Source: Candidatus Pacearchaeota archaeon (GTDB taxonomy: Archaea; Nanobdellota; Nanobdellia; Pacearchaeales; GW2011-AR1). Taken from it: a stretch of 53,092 nt of DNA. Below the pieces are notes generated by a model, which saw only the letters and a program-made list of their open reading frames with translations, made no database searches and was not told the origin of the DNA. The stretch lies in assembly GCA_016866995.1 (NCBI GenBank), contig VGKQ01000005.1, forward strand, positions 1 to 53,092. The letters run 5' to 3'. The position numbers were made by a program, and so were the translations under genes. Shown here one piece after another: positions 18,489 through 27,754 of the stretch (its first letter is position 1; every line of letters starts with the position of its first letter).

Positions 18489-19946
18489 ATGAATAATAAT
18501 AAAATGAAGATACACTTTCTAATTCCCCCGACAAAAGAAAGAAACCCGGACAGGTTATTTGGCTGCAACTACTCTTTTTTTCTTCAGCATAATATATTCA
18601 TCCTTTATCCTGCAACATATCTCAAGAAAAACGGCTTTTCTGTGAAATTTATAGATTGTGTAATTGAGGAAAAAACTTTAAATGAAGCTTTAGAAGAAGA
18701 GGCAGACGTCTATGTTTTTTATTCTGTATTTCTTTCGAGAGAATTAGACTTGAAAACAGCAGACATAATCCAAGAAAAATGGCAGAACAAGCCAATAGTT
18801 TTTATAGGCGCAGACCCTACAATCTATCCTGAAAAATACTGCAATAATAATCGATTTATAGTAAGGGGAGAGCCAGAAGAAACTCTTCTTGCCCTGTGTC
18901 GCGAGTTCTCAAGAAAAAACAAAAATTTTAAAAAAATAAGAGGATTGAGTTTTTTCAATAAAAAAATAATAAACAATCCTCCAAGAAATTATATAAAAAA
19001 CCTTGACAAACTTCCTTTTCCAGACAGAAATCTTATTGCCAAGCCATTTAAGTATTTCAATCCAAAATTCAGGAAGCTTCCTTCAACAACAATGCTTACT
19101 TCAAGAGGTTGCGCATTCAGATGTGAATTCTGCATTCCAAATTCATTAAGTTTTGCAAGAGAAGTTGAATGGAAGAAATATTTTAAGAAAAAACCGCCTG
19201 TTGCAATGAGAACTCCGGAGAATATAATCCAGGAATTTAGATTAATAAAAAATCAGGGTTACAAGTCAGTATTTATAGTCGATGACCAGTTTGTATGGGG
19301 GAAAGAAAGGACAATAAAAATACTTAAAGGAATAAGAAATTTTGGAATAGAAATTTCTCTTCTCGCAAGATGCGACATGCTTTCTGATGAAGATATTGTC
19401 AAAGAAATGGCTTTGTCAAATGTGAAATTTATTGACTTGGGAATAGAATCTTTCAGCCAGGAAATTTTAAAGGATGTAAGAAAAGACTTGGATGTAAAGA
19501 CAATACATAAATGCGTAAATAACTTAAAAAAATATAATATTGAGCCAGAAGTGAATATTGTTCTTGGCTGTTCTCCTCTTGAAACAAAAAAAACAATAAA
19601 AAATACAATTAATGAAGTCAAGAAGATGGATGTTGAGGTTGTTCATGCAACTGTCTGCACTCCTTTCCCCGGAACAGATTTTCGAGAAAGAGCTATAAAA
19701 AATAAATGGACAGAAGACAGGGATTATGTTCCTATTGACCCCGGAGCAGACTCTTTAATAGAATATCCTCATCTCAAAAGAAAAGAGCTTGTAAAATCAG
19801 TAAAATCAGTGTATAGAAAGCATTACTTCTCCCCAAGATACATATTAAAACAGCTTTTAAAAACACGCTCCCTCGCTGAATTAAAAAACAAGGCAAGAGC
19901 CGGATTTGGCATTTTCAAAAATATAATAATTTCAAGGAAAAAATGA
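18489..19946 (+). CDS. B12-binding-domain radical SAM protein (BchE/HpnJ-like)
   Basis: TSRGCAFRCEFC, VRGEPE, LPFPDR, LGIES, PFPGT, YRKHYFSP. Confidence 0.88.
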   Translation: MNNNKMKIHFLIPPTKERNPDRLFGCNYSFFLQHNIFILYPATYLKKNGFSVKFIDCVIEEKTLNEALEEEADVYVFYSVFLSRELDLKTADIIQEKWQNKPIVFIGADPTIYPEKYCNNNRFIVRGEPEETLLALCREFSRKNKNFKKIRGLSFFNKKIINNPPRNYIKNLDKLPFPDRNLIAKPFKYFNPKFRKLPSTTMLTSRGCAFRCEFCIPNSLSFAREVEWKKYFKKKPPVAMRTPENIIQEFRLIKNQGYKSVFIVDDQFVWGKERTIKILKGIRNFGIEISLLARCDMLSDEDIVKEMALSNVKFIDLGIESFSQEILKDVRKDLDVKTIHKCVNNLKKYNIEPEVNIVLGCSPLETKKTIKNTINEVKKMDVEVVHATVCTPFPGTDFRERAIKNKWTEDRDYVPIDPGADSLIEYPHLKRKELVKSVKSVYRKHYFSPRYILKQLLKTRSLAELKNKARAGFGIFKNIIISRKK

Positions 19947-20944
19947 AAAAAAAGCAATTTAGTGTAAGCATAATGATTCCTACTTATAACCGGGCAGAAA
20001 TGCTTGAAAAAGCACTGCTTTCTTTAAATGAGTTAGACTATCCAAAAAACAAGTATGAAGTTATTGTTGTAAATGACGGCTCAACAGATAATACTCAAGA
20101 AATTGTTAAAAAAACAGCAAAAAAAGTTAGCTACAAACTAAGATATCTATTCCAGAAAAATAAGAAGCTTTCTGCAGCAAGAAATCTTGCGATTAAAAAT
20201 TCTAGTAAAGAAATAATGGTTTCTATTGATGATGATATGATATTCCCAAGAACTTGGCTTAAAAAACTTCTCAAGCCTCTTAAAGATGATAAAACGGGCG
20301 CAGTTGGAGGCCCGTCTATCGCTCCTAAATTTGCATCATTTTTTCAGAGGGCAGTTGACCACTGCATGACAACTTCATTTGTTGGAACAGGCGGAATGAT
20401 TGGGACAACAAAAAAAAGTTTTGTAAAATATTATCCAAGAGGAGGCAACATGGCTGTAAAAAAATCTGTTCTTGATAAGGTTGGCTTATTTGATGAAAAA
20501 TTTATTCCAGCAGAGGAAATAGACTTGGACAAAAGAATAGAAAGAGCAGGATATAATCTTGCTCTTGCAAAAGATGCTGTTGTCTGGCACATGCCACGGG
20601 CTTCTTTAAAAGGATTTCTCAAACAGATTTATTCGAGAGGCGTAATGAAAGTTCAGTTTACAAGAAGATATAAGGAATCGTTTGAATTTTTATATTTTGC
20701 TCCAATGATTGGGGTTCTTGGATTGATTTTTATTATTGTATCATCTTTTTTCTCCAAGTTTCTTTTTCACTCATTCCTGTTTCTCATTCTTGTATATCTT
20801 TTAATACTATTCATAGATTCTCTAATTGCATTAAAAAGAATAAAAGATTTCCGCGTTATTTTTATTGTGCCATTTTTGATGTTTCTCCAGCATTTTACAT
20901 ACGGATTAGGAACTCTTGCAGCATTATTCAAGAAGTCGCAATAA
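19943..20944 (+). CDS. GT2 glycosyltransferase with C-terminal TM helices
   Basis: IPTYNR, VNDGSTD, AARN, IDDD, GGNM, EEIDL, VWH. Confidence 0.9.
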   Translation: MKKKQFSVSIMIPTYNRAEMLEKALLSLNELDYPKNKYEVIVVNDGSTDNTQEIVKKTAKKVSYKLRYLFQKNKKLSAARNLAIKNSSKEIMVSIDDDMIFPRTWLKKLLKPLKDDKTGAVGGPSIAPKFASFFQRAVDHCMTTSFVGTGGMIGTTKKSFVKYYPRGGNMAVKKSVLDKVGLFDEKFIPAEEIDLDKRIERAGYNLALAKDAVVWHMPRASLKGFLKQIYSRGVMKVQFTRRYKESFEFLYFAPMIGVLGLIFIIVSSFFSKFLFHSFLFLILVYLLILFIDSLIALKRIKDFRVIFIVPFLMFLQHFTYGLGTLAALFKKSQ

Positions 20945-20989
20945 AATTAATCTTATTTAAAATTATTATCTCAACAATATAAATTGATA

Positions 20990-21091
20990 TATAATTAATT
21001 TAAGTGATTAATATGGGTAAATATCACAAATTGTAAATATGAATATCTAAAATATAATAAAAATAATTCTTCAATTGGAATATCTAATTAA
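20990..21091. repeat. 102-bp AT-rich direct repeat, copy 1
   Basis: Identical by eye to 27653-27754 (TATAATTAATTTAAGTGATTAATATGGG...GGAATATCTAATTAA). Confidence 0.92.
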
Positions 21092-21161
21092 CATCTAAAT
21101 TTATCACTTAACTATTATTTGTATAATGTACTATTAAATTGCAGATAATTACTTTAATCAA

Positions 21162-21851
21162 CTAACTAACAAATCTATACTTAATTAAAGTCCAGATAGC
21201 TTCTACTCCATCTTTCCACTTAATTTTTTTCCCTTCTGCCATTTTTCTAGGGGAATAATAAATTGGAATTTCAAGAATTTTTATGCCTTTTTTGGCAATT
21301 TTTGCAGTAACTTCTGGGCAGAATTCAAATCTCTTGCATTTTAAGTTTAAGTTTTTAATAATATCTGCTTTCATCATCTTATAGCAAGTTGCCTCATCGG
21401 TTATTTTTATTCTATATAAAAGATTTGCAAGCTTGCTGAGAAATACTCCTCCAATATAAAATGAAGTGTAAGAATGCTCGTTTTTTCCCTTTCCAAGATT
21501 TCTTGAGCCATAAACAACTTCTGCTCTTCCTTTTATTATTGGTTCTAAAAGTTTATTATAATCTTCAGGATTATATTCTAAATCAGCATCCTGCACAATT
21601 ACAATATCTCCTGTAATATTTTTCAGGCCAGTACGTATTGCTCTTCCCTTCCCAAGATTTTTGTTTCCCGGATGTCTCACAACCTTTATTCCTTTAATTT
21701 TCTTCAAAATCTCAGAGGTATTATCTTTTGAGCAGTCATCAATCACGACTATTTCTTTTTTTATAGGCAATTTTACTTTTTTCACTTTCTCAATTATTTC
21801 TTTAATAGTTTTTTCTTCATTATATGCTGGAATAATTATACTTAGCTTCAT
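21162..21851 (-). CDS. GT2 DPM-synthase-like glycosyltransferase
   Basis: IIIPAYNE, IDDCSKD, GKGRAI, QDADLEY, VYGSR, FEFCPE. Confidence 0.92.
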   Translation of the reverse strand: MKLSIIIPAYNEEKTIKEIIEKVKKVKLPIKKEIVVIDDCSKDNTSEILKKIKGIKVVRHPGNKNLGKGRAIRTGLKNITGDIVIVQDADLEYNPEDYNKLLEPIIKGRAEVVYGSRNLGKGKNEHSYTSFYIGGVFLSKLANLLYRIKITDEATCYKMMKADIIKNLNLKCKRFEFCPEVTAKIAKKGIKILEIPIYYSPRKMAEGKKIKWKDGVEAIWTLIKYRFVS

Positions 21852-21869
21852 TTTTTCTTGGATTTATTT

Positions 21870-23903
21870 TTAATCTTTTTTATTTATTAGAATATACAGC
21901 AAGATAATTGCTGACAAAAATGCAAGTAAAATTGCAAGATACTGGATTGCTCTTGCTGTTTTATATAATAAATTTGATTCTGAAATATCATCAAAGCTTG
22001 CTCCATTATATCCCACTGGATATAAAAAGAAAGTATGAGTTGAATCTGCCATTGCAAGGGTTTGAGGTGCAAGATTCATTGCAGTTTTATAAACTTTGTA
22101 ATAATCTTCTCCATTTCCAGACAAAAGATAAAACTTATTCTGCTCAATATTTTTTATAGTGGCTTTTTCCTGCGAAATGTTTTTAAAATATGCTGTTATA
22201 TCTTCCATGCTCTTGTTAAAATCCGGCTGATTTGCAATTGTCCCCCAACCGCAATCATCCTTTATACATTCAATATAATAAACAGGAATTGTTGTTCTTC
22301 CTTCTAATTTATTTTGCTCCTGTATAAGCAGTGGAAACTGGGCTGATTCAATATAGTGCTTGTCATTAAAAATCCATGTTAAAGTCCCCCGATAAATTCT
22401 TGAATCAACTACAACAAGCGAGCCGTCTTCAATATTATTCTTATAATTAATCATTTGTGCAATAGCTGATTTTCCATAAAAATGACTGCTTATATATGGC
22501 GACTGATATCCGAGGAAAATAAGCGAAAAAACAATCAAGAAAGCAAGGAGATATATTCTTCTTATCTTTATTTTCTCCTGTATTTTTCCCAGTATTTTGT
22601 CAAGCGAGAATGCAGCAGCAGGAACAAGCAAAAGCAGGACAAAAAGATAGTGCTTTGAAAGAAGAATTATTGATGCAAGATAAAAAAATGGAATTCCAAA
22701 CGAAAGAATAAAAAACCAGAAATAATTTCTGCTTTTCTTGAAGATAAAAATCATTCCAATTGCACCAAGAATAAATACAATAAAATCATTATAAAGTATA
22801 TAAGTCAGTGCATAAAGAGAAGAAGGCATCTTGCTCCATGGCAGCTGTTTTGAGTTTCCAATGAAAAAACCGAGATAATCGGGCTTTGCCTTCCATCCAG
22901 CATCCCACGAATAATACTGGGCCGCAGTTTCTTCTCCATAATGAAAAACTCTTGTAAACTGAAAGTCAAGTATTCCTCTTTCCTGATAAAGAAGATAATT
23001 ATGGATAATAGCAGGCAGAAAAAATATTCCTGCTATTATCAGAAAGATCGCTATTTTCTTTAGAAGATTTCTATTTACAAATAAAAAATACCAAAAAATA
23101 ACACTTAATATACTTATTGCGATTGTAATAAAAATACTATTTATTATACAAATGCGGAGAATATTAACCATAGTAAGACCAGCCTCTCCAGAAAGTTTAA
23201 AAAAATAATATCCAATAAAAATTATTAAAGATAAAATAGCAATAATTATAAAAATTCTATAATTCCTGAGGAACCTCTTATTAACACTTACATAATCTTT
23301 TTTCCAGTTATAATACAAGGCATATAAAATCAAAGGAGGCATGAAAAAGAATACATATATTTTTGTTATTATTCCTAATCCAAATATTATTCCGGATAAA
23401 GCAAATAATGATTTTTTCTCTTTTTTCAGGGCACAAACAAAAAAATACATTCCAAATATTATGAAAAAAACAGCCATTGAGTCCATTTCAGCCATCATAT
23501 TCTTTATTGCAAATGCCGAGATTGCAAGCAAAAACGATGAAATAAGAGATATTTTCTCATCAAAAAACTCCCTGCTTAAAAGATATATTGCGAGAATGCT
23601 TAGTGTGCCAAATAAAATTGAACATACTCTTGAAGCAAGCTGCGTTGTCCCCAATATCTTGTAAAAAATATCTGTAATCAAAAACCAAAGTGATGCTGAC
23701 TGGTGATAAGTCTCTAATTTTCCAGAATTCAGGAAATTAATTGCATGGGTTGCAAATACAGTGTCATCTGCAAACATTCCTGTATTAATTGCTGCAATTA
23801 TTCTTAACACCAATCCGATTATAGCTATTGCAATCAAAAACCTGAATTTTTTATCAAACAATTTTTCAATAAGTTTGTCTACAAAACTATCAGTTTCTGC
23901 CAT
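21870..23903 (-). CDS. GT-C fold multi-TM glycosyltransferase
   Basis: FADD loop, QLASR, AEMD, many TMs, large external C-terminal domain. Confidence 0.8.
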   Translation of the reverse strand: MAETDSFVDKLIEKLFDKKFRFLIAIAIIGLVLRIIAAINTGMFADDTVFATHAINFLNSGKLETYHQSASLWFLITDIFYKILGTTQLASRVCSILFGTLSILAIYLLSREFFDEKISLISSFLLAISAFAIKNMMAEMDSMAVFFIIFGMYFFVCALKKEKKSLFALSGIIFGLGIITKIYVFFFMPPLILYALYYNWKKDYVSVNKRFLRNYRIFIIIAILSLIIFIGYYFFKLSGEAGLTMVNILRICIINSIFITIAISILSVIFWYFLFVNRNLLKKIAIFLIIAGIFFLPAIIHNYLLYQERGILDFQFTRVFHYGEETAAQYYSWDAGWKAKPDYLGFFIGNSKQLPWSKMPSSLYALTYILYNDFIVFILGAIGMIFIFKKSRNYFWFFILSFGIPFFYLASIILLSKHYLFVLLLLVPAAAFSLDKILGKIQEKIKIRRIYLLAFLIVFSLIFLGYQSPYISSHFYGKSAIAQMINYKNNIEDGSLVVVDSRIYRGTLTWIFNDKHYIESAQFPLLIQEQNKLEGRTTIPVYYIECIKDDCGWGTIANQPDFNKSMEDITAYFKNISQEKATIKNIEQNKFYLLSGNGEDYYKVYKTAMNLAPQTLAMADSTHTFFLYPVGYNGASFDDISESNLLYKTARAIQYLAILLAFLSAIILLYILINKKD

Positions 23904-23905
23904 AT

Positions 23906-24496
23906 TTATTTCTCTCCAACAAAAAGATTATTATATCCAAGCTCAAATCTTTCATGTTTAATATTTTTAAATCCTGCCTTTTTTAAATAATATCCTGGCT
24001 CATTGTCAAAATAAGTGTGATGGTCTTTTATCTCGTTGCTGTCTACGAGTTTTAAATTTGCAAGCATGTTTAATACATTCTTAGATTTTTTTGACGGCGT
24101 TGTTATGACAATCTTTCCGTTCTTATTCAGCATTTTATAGCTTTTTTTCAGCAATTCCTTGTAATTTTCTATATGTTCCAGCACTGCCAGCATAGTTATC
24201 ACATCTGCTTTTTTAGAAATTTTTAAATTTTCCAAATCTGCTTTAATAAATATAATATTCTCATAATTCCTTTTTACTTTTTTATCAATGCCTATTCCTT
24301 TTTTAATTCTTTTTCTCATTTTTTTCAAAAAAACCCCCTCTCCGCACCCCATATCAATTAATACTGTATTTTTTGGTATAAACTGGCTGGCTTTTCTTAT
24401 TCTCAGCCACCTAATTATCTTGTCTAATATAGTTTCCCTCATTTTTCCAAAATTATTTCTTTTTTTCATGGTGCTTTTTACTTCACTTTTCTCCAT
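23906..24496 (-). CDS. Class I SAM-dependent methyltransferase (true start may be a downstream ATG)
   Basis: LIDMGCGEG, GID, MLAVLEH, ITTP. Confidence 0.88.
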   Translation of the reverse strand: MEKSEVKSTMKKRNNFGKMRETILDKIIRWLRIRKASQFIPKNTVLIDMGCGEGVFLKKMRKRIKKGIGIDKKVKRNYENIIFIKADLENLKISKKADVITMLAVLEHIENYKELLKKSYKMLNKNGKIVITTPSKKSKNVLNMLANLKLVDSNEIKDHHTYFDNEPGYYLKKAGFKNIKHERFELGYNNLFVGEK

Positions 24497-25272
24497 AATA
24501 TTCCTATTACTGGTTTTACAGGGCTTATTAATCTTCTGAATTTTGAATTTATAATTCTCAATTGCACTATTGAAAGAAACATCTGCATGCTGGCTTTTCC
24601 AAGCCTGAGCTTGCTTTTCTCAGCATCTGCCCACACAGTCGGAATTTCTTTTATTTTAAATCCTTTTTTTCTCAGCCTGTAAAGCAAGTCAATATCAAAA
24701 GACCACTGGGTTATTCCAAGTTCTGGCAACACGCTTTTTATTGCGTCTTTCCTGAATATTTTTGCCCCGCACTGGGTGTCTGTGTAAGGCATGAAAAACA
24801 TGCTTCTTATGAGAAAATTAAAAACTCTGCTTGCCATAACCCTCAAAAAAGATTGTTTTGGAGTTACAACAGATTTTTTCAGATATCTGCTTGCAATCAC
24901 TCCATCATAATTTTCTATTTTAGATATAAGGTTAAAATACTCTTCTGCAGATGTTGACATATCTGCATCAACAAATCCAATTAAATCCCAGTCTTGTCTG
25001 CATGCTTCTTTAAATCCCTGAATTATTGCAAAACCCTTTCCTCCTTCCTTGAAATTAAGATATTCTATATTCTTGTACTTTCTCCTCACTTTCTTGACAA
25101 TCTCCTCTGTCCTGTCCTGCGTGTTGTTTATAACAACAAGTATCTCAATTTTTCTGATTTTTTTGTTTTTTCTGAGTTTTGAAAATAATTTTCCGTAGCT
25201 TTCCAGAGTTTTTGATATTCTTTGCTCTTCATTATGAGCAGGCATGACTATGCATAAATTTAATCTGTTCAT
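24478..25272 (-). CDS. GT2 dolichyl-phosphate glycosyltransferase (Alg5/AglJ-like)
   Basis: MPAHNEE, GGKGFA, FVDAD, IASR, DTQCGAKIF, WSFDID. Confidence 0.9.
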   Translation of the reverse strand: MNRLNLCIVMPAHNEEQRISKTLESYGKLFSKLRKNKKIRKIEILVVINNTQDRTEEIVKKVRRKYKNIEYLNFKEGGKGFAIIQGFKEACRQDWDLIGFVDADMSTSAEEYFNLISKIENYDGVIASRYLKKSVVTPKQSFLRVMASRVFNFLIRSMFFMPYTDTQCGAKIFRKDAIKSVLPELGITQWSFDIDLLYRLRKKGFKIKEIPTVWADAEKSKLRLGKASMQMFLSIVQLRIINSKFRRLISPVKPVIGILWRKVK

Positions 25273-25326
25273 TTTATTTAATAAGACAATTTATTTTAGT
25301 TTCCTGCACATTATTTTTATTCATTT

Positions 25327-26553
25327 TCATTTTTTTAATATCCATAAGTTATAAAGCAGCATAAGAAAATTAACTGTAGTTAATGAGATAGAAAATTCTA
25401 CCAAGTTGGAGTTAAAAATTCCAAGCAGTATAAATTCAAGAATAATAAAAATTAACAAGCCATAAGCCGATTTTTTCATCTTATTTACTGAAATATTATA
25501 TAATATTAAAATATATGAAAAAGCAGCAAAAGAAAATCCAAGTCCAAGAATAAACAGCACATTTGAAGCATCAAGATATCTTGTATCAAATAATGAAATG
25601 ACTTTTATCACAAATTCAGGAAAAAAAAGAAAAAATACTAAAGCGGCTATTGAAATAACAGAAGTAAGCAGAATAGATTTTTTGAACAAGCTTGATGTTT
25701 CTGTTTTTCTCTCAAATCTTTCAGAAGATATTGGAAACATTGCTTTTCCTATAGCAAAACTAGCAAAAAGAATTGATTTTGCAATAAGAGAGACGAAAGC
25801 ATATTTTCCAGAAATTTCAGGAGAAAAGAAAAATCTTGCAATTATAACATCTAAACTATAAATTAATATTATTGATGTCATTCCTATTAATACTGGAATA
25901 TTATAAGAAAATATTCCCCCGAAATTTTCTTTTGCTCTTCTGCTTTTTAACACGTCTTTTAAAGAGAAAAAAACTATAAAAAAAGCAGCCATGCTTCCTA
26001 TAATAATGCTTCCAATTGCGCCATACACCTTAAATCCAATTAAAACAAGAATTATTGAAAATACAAATTTAACTACAGACTCAATAACAAGATTTCCCCC
26101 CATTGCAAAAAATTTCTTTTTTCCTTGGAGCACGCCTCTTGCAACAGGAATTGTAAATGAATATACTATAAACAATCCTGTTATAACTAAAAGAGAAACA
26201 GGTATGCCCAGCAGTCCAGAGACAAAAAAAGAAACAATAATAAAAATAAAGAAGATTCCAAGAGAAATTAAAAATCCTTTTTTCATGCTTCTGTAAAAAA
26301 AATCTTTTATTTTTCCTGTTTTTTTCTTTGCATTAAATTTGCTTGTGTATCTCGCAACAACTGTCTGTATTGCCTCGCTTGGAATTCCAAAAATATAAAT
26401 AAAACTCATAAGAACAGCGAATGCACTGAATTCAGCAGGCCCAAGAAGCTTTGCCATTGAAATCTGGAATAAATAGTTGAATATGTTGAATATTCCAAGC
26501 ATTATAATTAAAATCAGGCTTCCTTTTACAAGTTCATCTTTTTTTATATCCAT
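25327..26553 (-). CDS. MOP/Wzx-family oligosaccharide flippase
   Basis: About 12 TM segments, AKLLGPAEF, RGVLQG, DVIIAR, G.YA, MFP. Confidence 0.85.
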   Translation of the reverse strand: MDIKKDELVKGSLILIIMLGIFNIFNYLFQISMAKLLGPAEFSAFAVLMSFIYIFGIPSEAIQTVVARYTSKFNAKKKTGKIKDFFYRSMKKGFLISLGIFFIFIIVSFFVSGLLGIPVSLLVITGLFIVYSFTIPVARGVLQGKKKFFAMGGNLVIESVVKFVFSIILVLIGFKVYGAIGSIIIGSMAAFFIVFFSLKDVLKSRRAKENFGGIFSYNIPVLIGMTSIILIYSLDVIIARFFFSPEISGKYAFVSLIAKSILFASFAIGKAMFPISSERFERKTETSSLFKKSILLTSVISIAALVFFLFFPEFVIKVISLFDTRYLDASNVLFILGLGFSFAAFSYILILYNISVNKMKKSAYGLLIFIILEFILLGIFNSNLVEFSISLTTVNFLMLLYNLWILKK

Positions 26554-26554
26554 C

Positions 26555-27562
26555 TTAAAATATTGAATTTTTGAATATCAGAAATCCAAGAATAATTATA
26601 ATTATCTGAAAAATATTTATTGCAGCAACGACATCTTTTTCATAAACTTTTTTCTTGATTTTCTTCAGCAGAAAAATTGCAACATGCTCTAGTCCATACA
26701 TTTTATTATAAGCAAGTTCAAGGCTGTTGTCTTTATTCGGCTTTCCGAATGATTGCTTTTTCAGCCTGCCTCTTGCTTTCAAAACAAGTTCTATTATATA
26801 CGGGATGAAGAAAAATATTGCAATTTTTTCCATATCTCCTAAAATAGCCATAATCGCAATCATTCCTCCGATAGGATAGGTTAGCGTATCTCCTGGAAAT
26901 ACTTTTGCGGGATATTTATTGAATATAAAAAAAGCAGCAAGCGAAAATATTAAGCAAATTCCAATTAATGCCAGCCACGAGTGTCCAGTAAAATAAGCAA
27001 CAATGCTTAGGGCAGAGATAATAAGAATTCCCTGGCTTGCTTCTAATCCATTGTATCCTGCAAGAAAATTAAATGTTGTTGATGCTCCTATAATTCCTAT
27101 TGGAATAATTATAAGCGGATAGATTAATCCAAGATTTGTTCCGTCTAAAAACGGAAGATTTATATGAGAGCTTCCAACATTAATAACCACAAGAGGAATG
27201 GAAGCAAAAAGGCATAATAAAATCCGTGTTCTCTTGCTTAATCCCCCATGCCACCATCCAAGCAAGTCATCTACTAATCCTGTTATTAATAACAAAAGCA
27301 TTGATGTTGTAGTGGCAAGAATTTCAACAACATTCTCGCTTGAATTAAAATAAAATGTTTTTATTGATATATAAATAAATACTGAAAATATAAATCCAAG
27401 AATAACAATTATTCCTCCAGAGCCAGCCACTTTTTCTTTCTTGTATTTGTTCATGTCCTCCCATAACAATCCTATCTGTTTTGCCTTTTTTATCCATCTT
27501 GGAATCATAAAAAATGTTACAAAAAAGCTTGCTATAATGGGGATTAATAATAAAGCATTCAT
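26555..27562 (-). CDS. aglH: UDP-GlcNAc:dolichyl-phosphate GlcNAc-1-P transferase (GPT/MraY superfamily)
   Basis: EDMNK, GLVDDL, FNFLAGYNGLE, FNKYPAKVFPGDT. Confidence 0.85.
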   Translation of the reverse strand: MNALLLIPIIASFFVTFFMIPRWIKKAKQIGLLWEDMNKYKKEKVAGSGGIIVILGFIFSVFIYISIKTFYFNSSENVVEILATTTSMLLLLITGLVDDLLGWWHGGLSKRTRILLCLFASIPLVVINVGSSHINLPFLDGTNLGLIYPLIIIPIGIIGASTTFNFLAGYNGLEASQGILIISALSIVAYFTGHSWLALIGICLIFSLAAFFIFNKYPAKVFPGDTLTYPIGGMIAIMAILGDMEKIAIFFFIPYIIELVLKARGRLKKQSFGKPNKDNSLELAYNKMYGLEHVAIFLLKKIKKKVYEKDVVAAINIFQIIIIILGFLIFKNSIF

Positions 27563-27652
27563 ATGAAAATCAAGCAGAACAGCTTTATAAAATCAACGGA
27601 TTTGTCTTATATTAAACACACACTCTAGCAATTATCTATAATTCATCCTGTT

Positions 27653-27754
27653 TATAATTAATTTAAGTGATTAATATGGGTAAATATCACAAATTGTAAA
27701 TATGAATATCTAAAATATAATAAAAATAATTCTTCAATTGGAATATCTAATTAA
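27653..27754. repeat. 102-bp AT-rich direct repeat, copy 2 (overlaps the aglB stop)
   Basis: Identical by eye to 20990-21091. Confidence 0.92.
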
